From: an uncultured Chroococcidiopsis sp.
GTDB lineage: Bacteria; Cyanobacteriota; Cyanobacteriia; Cyanobacteriales; Chroococcidiopsidaceae
Reading direction: 5' to 3'
Assembly (NCBI GenBank): GCA_964248365.1
Contig: CAXTYC010000010.1
Span: 1 to 64,000 of the forward strand
DNA length: 64,000 nt
Shown one piece after another: positions 32,005-42,445 of this stretch. Numbering within the stretch: the stretch's first letter is position 1; the number at the start of each line of letters is the position of its first letter. A program made the position numbers and the translations under genes. The notes under the pieces were generated by a model that was not told where the DNA came from, did no database searches, and saw only the letters and a program-made list of their open reading frames with translations.

Positions 32005-33426
32005 ATGACTTTTTCAAGAAAACTCAATCCTTATGGTCTGCGCCAAGAGTGCCTTTCTTATCCTGAAATCCTAGCTCAGTCAATAGGTAACATTGCACCT
32101 ACTATGATCGCATCTGTGAACGTAGCGCTAGTATTTGGCACTGCGGGCAATGGGACTTGGTTGGCTTTTTTAATTGCAACGGTTGGAGTAGTTTTAGTCA
32201 GTCTTTGCATTAAACCCTTTGCGCGTCTGTCTGCCTCTGCTGGTGCGCTGTATGCTTACATTGGCAGGAGTCTAGGAGCAACAGCAGGTGTAATCTCAGG
32301 TTGGGCTTTGGTTCTAGCTTATGCCTTCACAGCTATGGCTATGTTAGGCTCTTGCTCACTTTACACAAATATCGTACTGAGTGTATTTAGCTTGCACGCT
32401 TCTCCCATCATACTTTTTGCTATATGTGCGAGTTTGACTTGGTATTACGCTTATACTGACATCCAGCTATCGGCAGTATTGATGCTGCTTTTGGAGTTTT
32501 CTTCTGTTATTTTAATTGTAATTTTGGCGCTGATTGTGTTGTTTGGGCATGGCTTGACAATAGATACAGCCCAGCTTTCACTTGACTCAGTTTCGGCAGA
32601 TGGTATCCGACTGGGAATGGTGTTAGCTGTCTTCGGCTATGTTGGTTTTGAAAGTTCAACGACTTTGGGTATTGAAGCTAAAAATCCGCTCAAAGCCATT
32701 CCCAATTCTATGATTTGGAGTTCTGTTTTATGCGGTCTTTTCTATATACTCATTGCATATACTCAGGTGCTAGCGTTTAGAGGCTATGCAACGCCACTTA
32801 ACAAAGTTGATAGTCCACTTAGTGTCATAGCTTCTATGGTAGGAGTGGAATGGTTAGGAGTAGCTATATCTGTAGCGATTGTGATGAGTGGTTTCAGTTG
32901 TATTCTTGCTAGTCTGAATGCGGCGGCGCGGGTTTGCTTTTCGCTTGGGCGACATGGTATTTTGCATTCGTCACTTGGTCAGGCACACTTGGAAAATGAA
33001 ACACCTCATATTGCCATTAGCATCTTAAGTATGCTGATTTTCCTTGTTCCTGCCTCAATGTCAATGTTTGGTATTTCAGACTTGGATATTTTCGGTTACT
33101 TAGCAACTATTGCTACCTACGGATTTTTGCTTGTATATCTTCTCATTGCAGTTGCTGCGCCTATTTATCTTTCGCGTAAAAGAAGGCTGAGTTTAGGGAA
33201 TTTGGCAATCTCTGGTGTAGCAGTTATTTTTATGCTAATTCCAATTATTGGTAGCCTGTATCCAGTTCCAGCTTTTCCCTACAATGTCTTTCCTTACTTA
33301 TTCTTAATGTACCTAGCTGTAGGTGCTGGATTTTTGTGGCTACTGGGTCAACGTTCTCCCCAAACTATTGATTCTATGCAGCGGGATTTAGAAGCAGAGG
33401 AAAGGAAATTTAGCACAACAGACTAG
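32005..33426 (+). CDS. APC family amino acid/amine permease
   Basis: AQSIGNIAP, GFES and EAKNP motifs; many TM helices. Confidence 0.92.
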   Translation: MTFSRKLNPYGLRQECLSYPEILAQSIGNIAPTMIASVNVALVFGTAGNGTWLAFLIATVGVVLVSLCIKPFARLSASAGALYAYIGRSLGATAGVISGWALVLAYAFTAMAMLGSCSLYTNIVLSVFSLHASPIILFAICASLTWYYAYTDIQLSAVLMLLLEFSSVILIVILALIVLFGHGLTIDTAQLSLDSVSADGIRLGMVLAVFGYVGFESSTTLGIEAKNPLKAIPNSMIWSSVLCGLFYILIAYTQVLAFRGYATPLNKVDSPLSVIASMVGVEWLGVAISVAIVMSGFSCILASLNAAARVCFSLGRHGILHSSLGQAHLENETPHIAISILSMLIFLVPASMSMFGISDLDIFGYLATIATYGFLLVYLLIAVAAPIYLSRKRRLSLGNLAISGVAVIFMLIPIIGSLYPVPAFPYNVFPYLFLMYLAVGAGFLWLLGQRSPQTIDSMQRDLEAEERKFSTTD

Positions 33427-33539
33427 ATTAACAGGCTACTGTAGCCTGTATGCATTACTTCTCGTAACCCAGCTTACGCCAGGTTACGAGAATTTAGAGG
33501 TTCTACCTCCACAAATGGAAGATGTGAAAACCATCTCTA

Positions 33540-34124
33540 CTAATAGCAATACTTATCGTTACTGTTAGCTGTAGAATGTTCTTGCCCAGTCCGCATAGCT
33601 CCTAAAATAGTAGAAATATAGACGCAGCGTTGGATACTACTATTTTTAATATTTAGCGTTATTTGTCCTAATTCTGATACCCCCCCTTGTGGTTGTCCTT
33701 TGTAGTCAAATTGAACTCTCCAAGGACCAGTTGCCGGACAATTTGCAAAAGGTTGATTTAGAGTAGTTTCACATTGATTTAATTTATTCTTATCTTTAAC
33801 AACTTCGATATCTTGGTCAAGATTATTCCAATTGATATCAGTAGGAATAAAAGAGTTAGGGTGGGCAGGGTGGATAGCCCACTGAACAATTCCATCTTTT
33901 TCTTTAAAGCTAGCTTGCCAAGTAATTTTATCTCGTTTGGCGTTGCTTTGAGCTTCACGCATGGCACGATAAACTTGATCTTGGGCAACATTAAGGCGAC
34001 GAGTATTAACAAACGAAATCCAACTTGGAGTTGCGATCGCTGCTAAAATACCCACAATCATAATCACAACCATCGTTTCGATTAGGGTAAATCCTAAATT
34101 TAATTTCTTGTATTTATTACTCAT
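33540..34124 (-). CDS. Type IV pilin-like protein (HpsD/FimT-like), operon 1
   Basis: G|FTLIE prepilin motif; RCVYISTILGAMR near the C-terminus. Confidence 0.9.
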   Translation of the reverse strand: MSNKYKKLNLGFTLIETMVVIMIVGILAAIATPSWISFVNTRRLNVAQDQVYRAMREAQSNAKRDKITWQASFKEKDGIVQWAIHPAHPNSFIPTDINWNNLDQDIEVVKDKNKLNQCETTLNQPFANCPATGPWRVQFDYKGQPQGGVSELGQITLNIKNSSIQRCVYISTILGAMRTGQEHSTANSNDKYCY

Positions 34125-34202
34125 TTATTTTATAATTAGTATTATATATTGTCTGAAAACGAGAGTAGTACTTGTTTCCAAGCTTAGTTTGAGAACGGGA
34201 TA

Positions 34203-35198
34203 TTAATTCCTTAAAGTTCCTTTGCTTTTTACCTGCACATTTGCACTAGGAAAATACTCAGAAATGTTTTCACTGTAGCTTACCTCTTGATTCATTCGAG
34301 CCGTAGCATTTCCTCTTAAATAAAGAGAGGCAAAATTTTGTGCTGAATCTACGCAGGCATAGAAGCTATAGGTTTTTAATGTTTCTGTAATATTGTTTGC
34401 CGGAACTTGTTGTGCATTAGAGGAAATATTATTGCAATTTTCTGGTGCAGGAATTTTATCTCCCGTACTTTGGTCAATATAATCAACCAACGTTTCAAAA
34501 GGAGTTTTTCTTAAATCGTAAGGATTTGAAGCATCCTTTTTCCATGCATTCATTTTATCTTTGAGCGTACCCGATCCTGTTAGGTCAAATAGCTGAAAAC
34601 CAGGAGTGGGACTTATGAGATAATTGCTGGAATTCTTAGGATCTCTAATTCCATCTTTAAGTTCAATCCTACCAATTCGGGCAGCATTAGACCATTGGGA
34701 GTTCTTATCTTTTATCAAGTAATAACTTACTAAAGAATATCCCAAATAATCTTTTTCATCACATTCATTAGTATCTGGAGTTTTGACTAAGCAACCTACT
34801 TTAGTAGAAGTGCCATTATCTAAAACAACTTGACTGTCTTTAGGAAAAAAAGTGCGCTTCCAAAATACGAGGACGGGAACTTTATCTGTAGCTGACGGTT
34901 CAGGTAGTTGATTTTTGATAGCAGCAATTCCATCTGCATCATAAATATATACAGCTTCTTGTAAATCATCAGCAATATAGTCAATTGCCGATTGAATTTC
35001 CAGTTCAGTCGTTGCCTTGGCTTGTTCCCGACGCTCAGAATTTAGAATGTTAGTCATAAAGGCAAGTAAAGTTCCCAAAACGATGAATGAAATCACCACT
35101 GATACTAAAAGTTCAATCAGGGTAAAGCCTCCACTTTTTTGAGCCAGCTTAAAAAGTTTTAGCTGCTTGTTTAAAAGTAATTTAAGTGGATTCATCAT
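34203..35198 (-). CDS. hpsC: Pilin-like protein HpsC (PilW-like), operon 1
   Basis: G|FTLIELL, DYIADDLQEAVYIYD, PVLVFWK, SFYACV and LYLRGNA motifs. Confidence 0.8.
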   Translation of the reverse strand: MMNPLKLLLNKQLKLFKLAQKSGGFTLIELLVSVVISFIVLGTLLAFMTNILNSERREQAKATTELEIQSAIDYIADDLQEAVYIYDADGIAAIKNQLPEPSATDKVPVLVFWKRTFFPKDSQVVLDNGTSTKVGCLVKTPDTNECDEKDYLGYSLVSYYLIKDKNSQWSNAARIGRIELKDGIRDPKNSSNYLISPTPGFQLFDLTGSGTLKDKMNAWKKDASNPYDLRKTPFETLVDYIDQSTGDKIPAPENCNNISSNAQQVPANNITETLKTYSFYACVDSAQNFASLYLRGNATARMNQEVSYSENISEYFPSANVQVKSKGTLRN

Positions 35199-35239
35199 GT
35201 GTGCCTCTCACCTTGCAAAACAGATAATAGGTAGTCTAA

Positions 35240-36076
35240 TTACTGTGTATCTTGCGCATCTTGTGCATCTTGACAACCAAGGCGATCGCACATATCTCTA
35301 AAAGTAGTATTTGTAACAATTTCAGTCGTCATTTCCACAAGTGGTGTTTTGCGATTCCCAAGTCCTCCAGAAAATGTTTGCTGCGTTCTCTTTGTTTCTG
35401 AGTCGCTTTTGAGTATAGGAGTATTATCACTAAAAGCATCAGCTCGATAAACCCTGATTCCCAATAGATATCCTCTATCAGCATCGGTTGAAACAGGAGA
35501 AACGCTGCGATTATCATCGGTTGAAATGGGAGTAAAGCTGCGAAAAGCTTGAACTACCAGATCTTTAGCGCTCTTAGTGCTACAACCATTGCTATCAAGA
35601 TCAATGCAGTACAAACTTGAGGTAATGGTATTCGAGCAGTAGGAATTGCCTGCTTTATTCGTGGAGCAAGGTAAACCCCCAGCAGGTGAGGGAGCAGCTA
35701 CTCCAGCAAATAAAATCCTTTGGGGAATAAAATTATTGTTGTTATCTACCTCATTAAGTGTAATAGTGTGTTTTGGTGGTTCGATGATTCCAGATTCAAC
35801 GCCATCAATGTAGGTTCTAGCAGCTTCGCTTGCTAGTTCTACCCGTCTAGCTTGCACCCTGTTACTAACTGCGAGGACAATTACAGGAGCAATTACTGTC
35901 ATGAGGATGGAAATTATAGCTATAGCTACCAAGGATTCAATAATAGTAAATCCAGATTGGCAAGTTAGATCCCCCCTAACCCCCCTTAAAAAGGGGGGAA
36001 TAAAGCCGCCCCGAATGGGGGGAATAAAGCTCCTCTTTTCAACCCCTGTTGGAGGAATCAGCTGTGTGTTTTTCAT
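35240..36076 (-). CDS. hpsB: Pilin-like protein HpsB (PilV-like), operon 1
   Basis: G|FTIIESL, RVQARRVELA and LGIRVYRADAF motifs; leader extended by a repeat element. Confidence 0.8.
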   Translation of the reverse strand: MKNTQLIPPTGVEKRSFIPPIRGGFIPPFLRGVRGDLTCQSGFTIIESLVAIAIISILMTVIAPVIVLAVSNRVQARRVELASEAARTYIDGVESGIIEPPKHTITLNEVDNNNNFIPQRILFAGVAAPSPAGGLPCSTNKAGNSYCSNTITSSLYCIDLDSNGCSTKSAKDLVVQAFRSFTPISTDDNRSVSPVSTDADRGYLLGIRVYRADAFSDNTPILKSDSETKRTQQTFSGGLGNRKTPLVEMTTEIVTNTTFRDMCDRLGCQDAQDAQDTQ

Positions 36077-36079
36077 AGT

Positions 36080-39000
36080 TTAATTGCCGACTACATTAGT
36101 ATTATTTCCAGAATTATTTGCTGGATAGTTAGGAGCATCATTCCGACAACTAGCAGGGCGCTGTTGTTTGTCAGGAACTGCATATTGAGTATAAGTTGCT
36201 GTTGATCTTCCTACGCGATCGCTTGCCGTTGCAGCACACAGCAAAGTTTGCACCCAAGGATCATCTCTACCGACTTCTCTGAAGAACTCGTTAGGAGAAC
36301 TCTTAGAGGGTGTCGTGAACTTTTGGGCAAAAAGATCTGTCGGTTGAGACAATAAGGCAACATCAAAAATCCAGTGTCTATTAGGTGCGGTGAAATATGG
36401 CACTATTCCAGCTGGTGTACCGTTGTTAGTCCTGTAATTGTTTATAGGATAGTTAAACAGGCTGAGGTTTTCACCTAGAGTAGCTGTAGCCGTTGCCTTT
36501 TGCCGAAGGATAGTTGAAAACGGTGCAGTAGCATAGACACTCCGCTTCATCTGAATAAAACTACCTGCAATGTTAAGTGCCTTGTCTTGCCAGTTTTCTA
36601 GGAAACGCACAAAGTTAGGCAACCCTGCTGATTCTTCCTGCGGACGACTGGGACTGTTACCAGAAACAAATGTAGCGTTAACAGTTGTATCCTCCCCTGC
36701 GGTTTGTAGCCAGTTCGCCCCATAACGCCGTTCATCTCCTCGATCTAAATTGTTACTAGGAGAACCATCTGGACTATGAATTTGCAAAACAGGCTCTAAC
36801 AGCGGCTGACCAGATGAATTGCCAATAAATAGCGGTTTATCTGCGCTGTATGATTCACCCTGCCTTGGGTTAGCGGGGTTATTAGTTGTCTTGAACCATA
36901 GCGCGTTAGGTACTTGTCGAGGTAAAGCACCACCGTATGGAAACTCCTGCACTATTCCTCGATCATTGATTCCGAGAGGGATTGGCAATGCACCGCCACC
37001 ACCAGTACTACCGCTTCCAGCACCACCACCAGTACTACCGCTTCCAGCACCACCACCAGTACTACCGCTTCCAGCACCACTACCACCAGTACCAGCACCC
37101 CCGCCAGCACCGCTGCCAGCACCACCAGCACCAGCACCACCAGCACCAGCGTCTGTACCAGCACTACCAGCACCACTGTCAGGCTGGGTGCTATTCTGGC
37201 TAATAAATTGGTTGATATTCAGGTTATTATTCGGATTGCTTGGTGAGTTGCCGCCAGCACCGCTACTACCACCGTTAGTACTACCACTACCAGCACCACC
37301 AGCGCCGCCGCCTGATCCATTACCAGCACCGCCGCCGCTAGCACCGCCGCCGCTAGCACCGCCACCACCTGAGCTGCTGCCACCACCTGAGCTGGTTAGC
37401 CGGAAAGCAACCCGACGAGGATAGCGTCGATCGTCTGGTTGTAAGGCAGGTCGTGCAGTAGTCCCTGCCCCAAGTTGGTCAAATTTAGCTCCGCCTGCGA
37501 TATTTTTTATTAAATCTATTGCTTTCACATTTCGTTCGTCGTCCTCCAGTTTGCCGTCAACTGGCTTGCCGCCAAACCCGTCATAGCCAACCACCCAATC
37601 AGCATCTGTACAGCTTTCCACAGGAATTTTTCGGCAGATTTCCATCACGTACTCAGGAAAATTCGTGCGTCGCTGCACGGGTGTCACGCCATTAGTTAAG
37701 TAGGAACTTACATAACTATCGTTAGTTTTCTGATTAGGATATGGATTACCATTACTGTTTGTATCCGACCAAGCAGCACTAGTAACAAAGCTGTTGTCCC
37801 AAAAGCCCATGCCCTTACGCTTTTGAGTGGTATCGCTTGGAGAATTTTTAGTAGGAGAGATGTATGCATTATTGTTTAGGTCGTAGTCTCCTTGATTGCG
37901 GAAACCATCTTTAAACGTGCCAGACAGTACGGTAACAGCATCAGAAATAATGGTAGCTGGTCGCCAGGTGTCACCTTCACTATTAGGGCATCCTGGTTTG
38001 CCTGGACGACAGGCAAAGTTAGGATTTAGATCTGCATTACGAGTGTAAAAATTGCTCCAATCAGGAAACTGCAATTTTTCTAAAAACTCTTCAAGTATAT
38101 TGCGTGATGGTGTCTGATGTAGGTTAAAGTTGCCTTTAATATATACAGGCAAATTAGTGACTAGAGTTAAACCTTTTTCTTCTTCACGGTAAGTATTTTC
38201 TATTGTTCGTGACAAGTTGCTGCCATTAATTAATCGAATGCCATTAGGACGACGAGTAGAGTCGAGTATAAAATCAGTTGGGCTAAGGAGTTTTGTTTCA
38301 GTAGGTGGTGCGCTTTCTCCATTCAAGGTAGTAGTAGTAGTAGTGGTATTGCTCTCCTGACTCAATTCAAATGAATCATCCAGCAACGCATCATCCCGAC
38401 TGGCATAAATAATCCCACTGTTCGGCAACACATACTCATTATTATTTGTACCAATCAACTCTTTCCTGGTGATTCCCCTCGTTTTATCAGTATCTAAATT
38501 GATTTGTGTCACCCTAACTTCTAAGGGTTGACGCTGTTCTAGTTTTAAGTTGTAATCCGTCTTTGAATCTTGATTCTGTGACGTTCCCGAAATAACTCCT
38601 CCAGTGGTGTCATCTTCATCTTGATGCAGTGCCTTAACTTCTCTAGCATCCAGAAAAGATGCTTCCCTAATTGCCCCATGAGGAATCACTGGGTTAGTCT
38701 GGGGTGTAATAGTGTTGTCTAATATTTTTAGACTGCAAATCGCTGTATCAATTGCTGAATTTTCAGATAAACTTAGTGGCTTATTAGGGTCTATAAGCGT
38801 TCCATTAGAGCTTAATTTTATCAGGGCTTTTTGTAGCGGTTCATTGACAAGCCGCCCGTTAGGAAACAACATTCTCGCTTGTGCTTTTAGCTCTGGCAAA
38901 TAAGTAGCGATCGCGCTAAATCTAGCATTATTATTTGTATAAGGAGCAGAATAAACAACTCCATTATTCGATCTACCCTTACCAGTCCGTGCAGTCAGAG

Positions 39001-41350
39001 GTCTAACTGTTATATCTCCACTAACATCCGGTAACTCATCCCGATTTCTAGCCGTCAAACTATCAGTAGGATCGTAATAGCTACTAATACAAGCAGTGGG
39101 AGTGCGACTAATATAATTAGTGTCTGTATATGAAGTATCCCTGTAATCATATACTGCCGTAGCCCTCATCCTCAGATCGGGTTTATCTTTTGGTGGCTTG
39201 ATGTCATCACCACCTGTCATTGGCATTAAGTCAGACCAAACTAGATCCTTAGCAGTATATTCATTTACAAGTTCGCCTGCTAATCTAAGGTCTTTAGGAG
39301 CTTTTTTAGGAAGTTTTTCGCCTGAATCTAGTTTATCCTTATTAGGAATATCGGGAAGGAAAGAGTCATTTTGCAACTGGGGAATTGTTGATGACTTATT
39401 TCCTTTATGCTGATAAATTCCTGCACCTGTAATAATACGTAATCCCCCACTTTCAGCCACAGAAGTAGCAGGATTTTTGGCGGCTTCTTCTTCCCAAAAG
39501 CCATCCCTATCAGACATATTTAAGTCACCAAGCTGCTGCACCTGAGTACTACGGTAGCGAGGCTGGTTATCGGGATCAGTCCAATTAGTTCCAGCAATAA
39601 ACTGCTGATCTTTGGGAGATGTAATATAATTTTTTCCGTCTTTCCAATAAGCAGGAAGATTGTTTCCTACTACAATGCGATCGCCTAAATACTTTTGTTT
39701 ACCATCTTGATTCAGCTTGTCTGGGGAAGTTGCTTCTAACTGGCGTGTTTTCAGTTGAAGTTTTGTATAATCTAATGTCGGTTCTCTCCATTCTTGGGGC
39801 GGTTCAATTATATTAAATCCAGGGAAAACATTATTTTCATTGTAAAAGCCTGTTGCATTACCATCCTGTGGTACTTCAGCATAAGGAACACGACGAGTAC
39901 GATTTTTCAAATAAAGCTCAAGTTCCTCAGAAAGAACATTATATGTGTTTAAACTGGGGTTTTCTTTGAGGCGATCGCTAAATCTATTTTTTACCTCTTG
40001 CGGGTATCTATTTATAGCTAAAACAGTACTATTTCGTGGTGGATTTATTTCCGAACAATAATTACTTTCCTCTCTACAATAGGAAAGTGCTTCCCGTTTC
40101 ATTAAGGCAATGCGTTGGTTATAAGCATCATCATTATAAGCTACCAGCGCACCACCTCCACTCTCTATAGATTTATTAATACTACCAATTCGAGCATTAT
40201 TCCTATCAGGTTCGTCCCCAAATAAATCAACATCTACAGTGTTTTGATCCGCTGTATCGGCTGCATTTCCATTTGCTACATTTCCACCTACTGTAACATT
40301 AGCATTTTCTGCTTGATAAAAGCAGGAATTTTTCCCACTAACTTGATATAAACGTATTTCGGCGTTGTTACGTCCTCCTACTAATAAGTTACCATTTGTA
40401 TGTACTCTCCCATTTAAGCGAAAATCCGTTGTTGGTGTTAATTCAAGATCGCCATCAAAGAAAGCTGCATAATTAATCAGCGGAATTCTACTTTGATCTT
40501 GCTGATACTCCAGAGCATAAAAGCTTTGATTGCCTGGAAATTTTTCAAATTCACCGCCCAAACCAGTATTATCAGTAATTGGTACAGTAGCGGTGTAAAC
40601 AAAAAAGCTCTTTTTGAGTTCGTCGCCTGACTTCTGCCAACCAGAATCACCTAATGAATTGGTATTATTATTTAGTAAATTTGCACATCGGCTACCACCC
40701 ACTTGAGTAGCAAGTGGTGTACTTCTTACTTCTAATGGATTTGTAGTAGTGCTAGGATTGCGAAAGTAGATACCGTAGAGAATATAACTATCAAACTTAC
40801 CATTGTTATCTGTATCAACAGGAAATCTCCAGGCAGTGGTTAATGTTTCATCATTATCTATATTTGTATTGTTAGTTTCGATGATATTATCTTTATTAAT
40901 ATCGAAAGCAAGTTTGAGACGAGTTTCATCGCCAAAAGTATATTTAGGATTGGTTTTAATAGCGTTATAAAGCGTCAGTTCCGATGGAGTTTCTTTAGGT
41001 AATCTAGGGTCTTGGAGCAACTCCTCGATTTTGACTCTAGCACGAGCGGTCGCCGGAGTAGCAGCCTTAATCGCAGCTTGACTAGCTCTGACATTACTAG
41101 CGTTTCTTGTGCGATCAAAAGACCGCAGCATCATCGCCGTAGTGAGCAACACTACCACCAACAACACTATCATCGCTGTTGGCAACACAAACCCCGATCT
41201 GGAAAAATGTTGTTGTCTTCGGGATTTTCTATTAATGACAAGCAGGCTACGCCTCAACCACTTGATTAGCCGCTTAAGCAAGGTGCTGAATAACTTACCA
41301 ATATTTTTGTAAAGATTTCTTCGGTTCTTGATTCGCTTGCGCTTTGACAT
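36080..41350 (-). CDS. hpsA: HpsA-like large PilX-type protein, operon 1
   Basis: G|FVLPT N-terminal hydrophobic motif without Glu5, RRPNGIRL, WRPATIISDA, GLPNFVRFLENW and EFFREV...DDPWV; 1756 aa with a Gly-rich insert. Confidence 0.85.
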   Translation of the reverse strand: MSKRKRIKNRRNLYKNIGKLFSTLLKRLIKWLRRSLLVINRKSRRQQHFSRSGFVLPTAMIVLLVVVLLTTAMMLRSFDRTRNASNVRASQAAIKAATPATARARVKIEELLQDPRLPKETPSELTLYNAIKTNPKYTFGDETRLKLAFDINKDNIIETNNTNIDNDETLTTAWRFPVDTDNNGKFDSYILYGIYFRNPSTTTNPLEVRSTPLATQVGGSRCANLLNNNTNSLGDSGWQKSGDELKKSFFVYTATVPITDNTGLGGEFEKFPGNQSFYALEYQQDQSRIPLINYAAFFDGDLELTPTTDFRLNGRVHTNGNLLVGGRNNAEIRLYQVSGKNSCFYQAENANVTVGGNVANGNAADTADQNTVDVDLFGDEPDRNNARIGSINKSIESGGGALVAYNDDAYNQRIALMKREALSYCREESNYCSEINPPRNSTVLAINRYPQEVKNRFSDRLKENPSLNTYNVLSEELELYLKNRTRRVPYAEVPQDGNATGFYNENNVFPGFNIIEPPQEWREPTLDYTKLQLKTRQLEATSPDKLNQDGKQKYLGDRIVVGNNLPAYWKDGKNYITSPKDQQFIAGTNWTDPDNQPRYRSTQVQQLGDLNMSDRDGFWEEEAAKNPATSVAESGGLRIITGAGIYQHKGNKSSTIPQLQNDSFLPDIPNKDKLDSGEKLPKKAPKDLRLAGELVNEYTAKDLVWSDLMPMTGGDDIKPPKDKPDLRMRATAVYDYRDTSYTDTNYISRTPTACISSYYDPTDSLTARNRDELPDVSGDITVRPLTARTGKGRSNNGVVYSAPYTNNNARFSAIATYLPELKAQARMLFPNGRLVNEPLQKALIKLSSNGTLIDPNKPLSLSENSAIDTAICSLKILDNTITPQTNPVIPHGAIREASFLDAREVKALHQDEDDTTGGVISGTSQNQDSKTDYNLKLEQRQPLEVRVTQINLDTDKTRGITRKELIGTNNNEYVLPNSGIIYASRDDALLDDSFELSQESNTTTTTTTLNGESAPPTETKLLSPTDFILDSTRRPNGIRLINGSNLSRTIENTYREEEKGLTLVTNLPVYIKGNFNLHQTPSRNILEEFLEKLQFPDWSNFYTRNADLNPNFACRPGKPGCPNSEGDTWRPATIISDAVTVLSGTFKDGFRNQGDYDLNNNAYISPTKNSPSDTTQKRKGMGFWDNSFVTSAAWSDTNSNGNPYPNQKTNDSYVSSYLTNGVTPVQRRTNFPEYVMEICRKIPVESCTDADWVVGYDGFGGKPVDGKLEDDERNVKAIDLIKNIAGGAKFDQLGAGTTARPALQPDDRRYPRRVAFRLTSSGGGSSSGGGGASGGGASGGGAGNGSGGGAGGAGSGSTNGGSSGAGGNSPSNPNNNLNINQFISQNSTQPDSGAGSAGTDAGAGGAGAGGAGSGAGGGAGTGGSGAGSGSTGGGAGSGSTGGGAGSGSTGGGGALPIPLGINDRGIVQEFPYGGALPRQVPNALWFKTTNNPANPRQGESYSADKPLFIGNSSGQPLLEPVLQIHSPDGSPSNNLDRGDERRYGANWLQTAGEDTTVNATFVSGNSPSRPQEESAGLPNFVRFLENWQDKALNIAGSFIQMKRSVYATAPFSTILRQKATATATLGENLSLFNYPINNYRTNNGTPAGIVPYFTAPNRHWIFDVALLSQPTDLFAQKFTTPSKSSPNEFFREVGRDDPWVQTLLCAATASDRVGRSTATYTQYAVPDKQQRPASCRNDAPNYPANNSGNNTNVVGN
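36996..37076. repeat. Three exact 27-bp tandem repeats within the Gly-rich region of hpsA
   Basis: CCACCACCAGTACTACCGCTTCCAGCA x3, encoding AGSGSTGGG units. Confidence 0.9.
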
Positions 41351-41825
41351 ATATATTCACGGGCAAATATTCCCCCTTGTTAAAGGAGGGTTCGGTATTT
41401 ACAAAAAAGCAGGTTGGCACAGTAATTTTATCGTGCTTCTCATTGCTTTGACTTAGACGATCGCGCGATCGCCCTTTTGGTCAGCAACTACATTGATATT
41501 ATTTTATACATATAACTTTTTGTTGCATGGAGTAGAAATTTCAAGCCCCCAAGCCAAGCCACAAGAGCTAAATTTAACCTCTTGTCCGATGAGCGTCTCG
41601 CTTGCTGGGGGTTATCTTCTAGCTCCCGTCTCATACTAGGAGCGATCGCAAATAATCTTAATTAAATAATCCCAATTAGAAAGCCAGGAGTTTAAACCCC
41701 TGGCTGCGTAGCTAAAGTCCTTTATAGAGAATTAGAAAACGAATTGTATAGACGCGAGAGATTGCGTTTCAACTGAGCATTTTTAATTATTTTTTGGTAT
41801 AATATATATACTCAATCAAGTATGT

Positions 41826-42383
41826 TCACTGACAATCAGTATCCTTTGCTGTACGCATCGCTCCAAGTAAGGTAGATACAAAGACACAGCGTTTAACACT
41901 ACTGCTGTTACGAGTTTGAAAAGTGATTTTCCCCATCTGTCCATTAACCCAGCCATTGAACTGAAATTGTATCCCGTAAGCTCCACTTGGCTGATTTGTG
42001 GTGGAAAGGTTAGTACTGGTGTCAATGGCAATTTTAGCTGTATCTTCCCCAGCTAAATTATTCCAGATCCAGCTACTAGCAAGAGCAACAGTAGGACAGT
42101 TATTAGTAGCAACGCTAGGAAGATGAGTAGACCATTGGACTTTAGTGCCATCATCACGAAAGCTAGCTTCCCAGCATAATTTTTGACTTCTGGCTTGCAA
42201 TTGAGCATCTCGCATCACTCTCAAGGCTTGATCTTGAGCTGTATTTAATCTCTGTTTATCCATTAAAGCAAGCCAACTGGGAGCAGCGATCGCAGCTAGG
42301 ATACCAACCATCACCGTAACAATTAATGTCTCTATCAGAGTAAATCCGGCAACTTGCTGCCTTGAGATCAGTTGTTTTTTCAT
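41826..42383 (-). CDS. Type IV pilin-like protein (HpsD/FimT-like), operon 2
   Basis: G|FTLIE; RCVFVSTLLGAMR; clear paralog of 33540-34124. Confidence 0.9.
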   Translation of the reverse strand: MKKQLISRQQVAGFTLIETLIVTVMVGILAAIAAPSWLALMDKQRLNTAQDQALRVMRDAQLQARSQKLCWEASFRDDGTKVQWSTHLPSVATNNCPTVALASSWIWNNLAGEDTAKIAIDTSTNLSTTNQPSGAYGIQFQFNGWVNGQMGKITFQTRNSSSVKRCVFVSTLLGAMRTAKDTDCQ

Positions 42384-42445
42384 CTCCTTTCTTCAGCCTT
42401 ACACAAAGGGTTTTAGGGTGCAAATATCTGGTATCATGACTACGA

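Noticed and set aside
36819..37424. Pro-, His- and Val-rich ORFs
   Set aside because: Alternative-frame shadows of the Gly-rich hpsA tract.
41366..41374. SigJ J-box-like GGGAATATT before hpsA copy 1
   Set aside because: One mismatch, overlaps a dispersed repeat, and lies only about 15 nt from the ATG.
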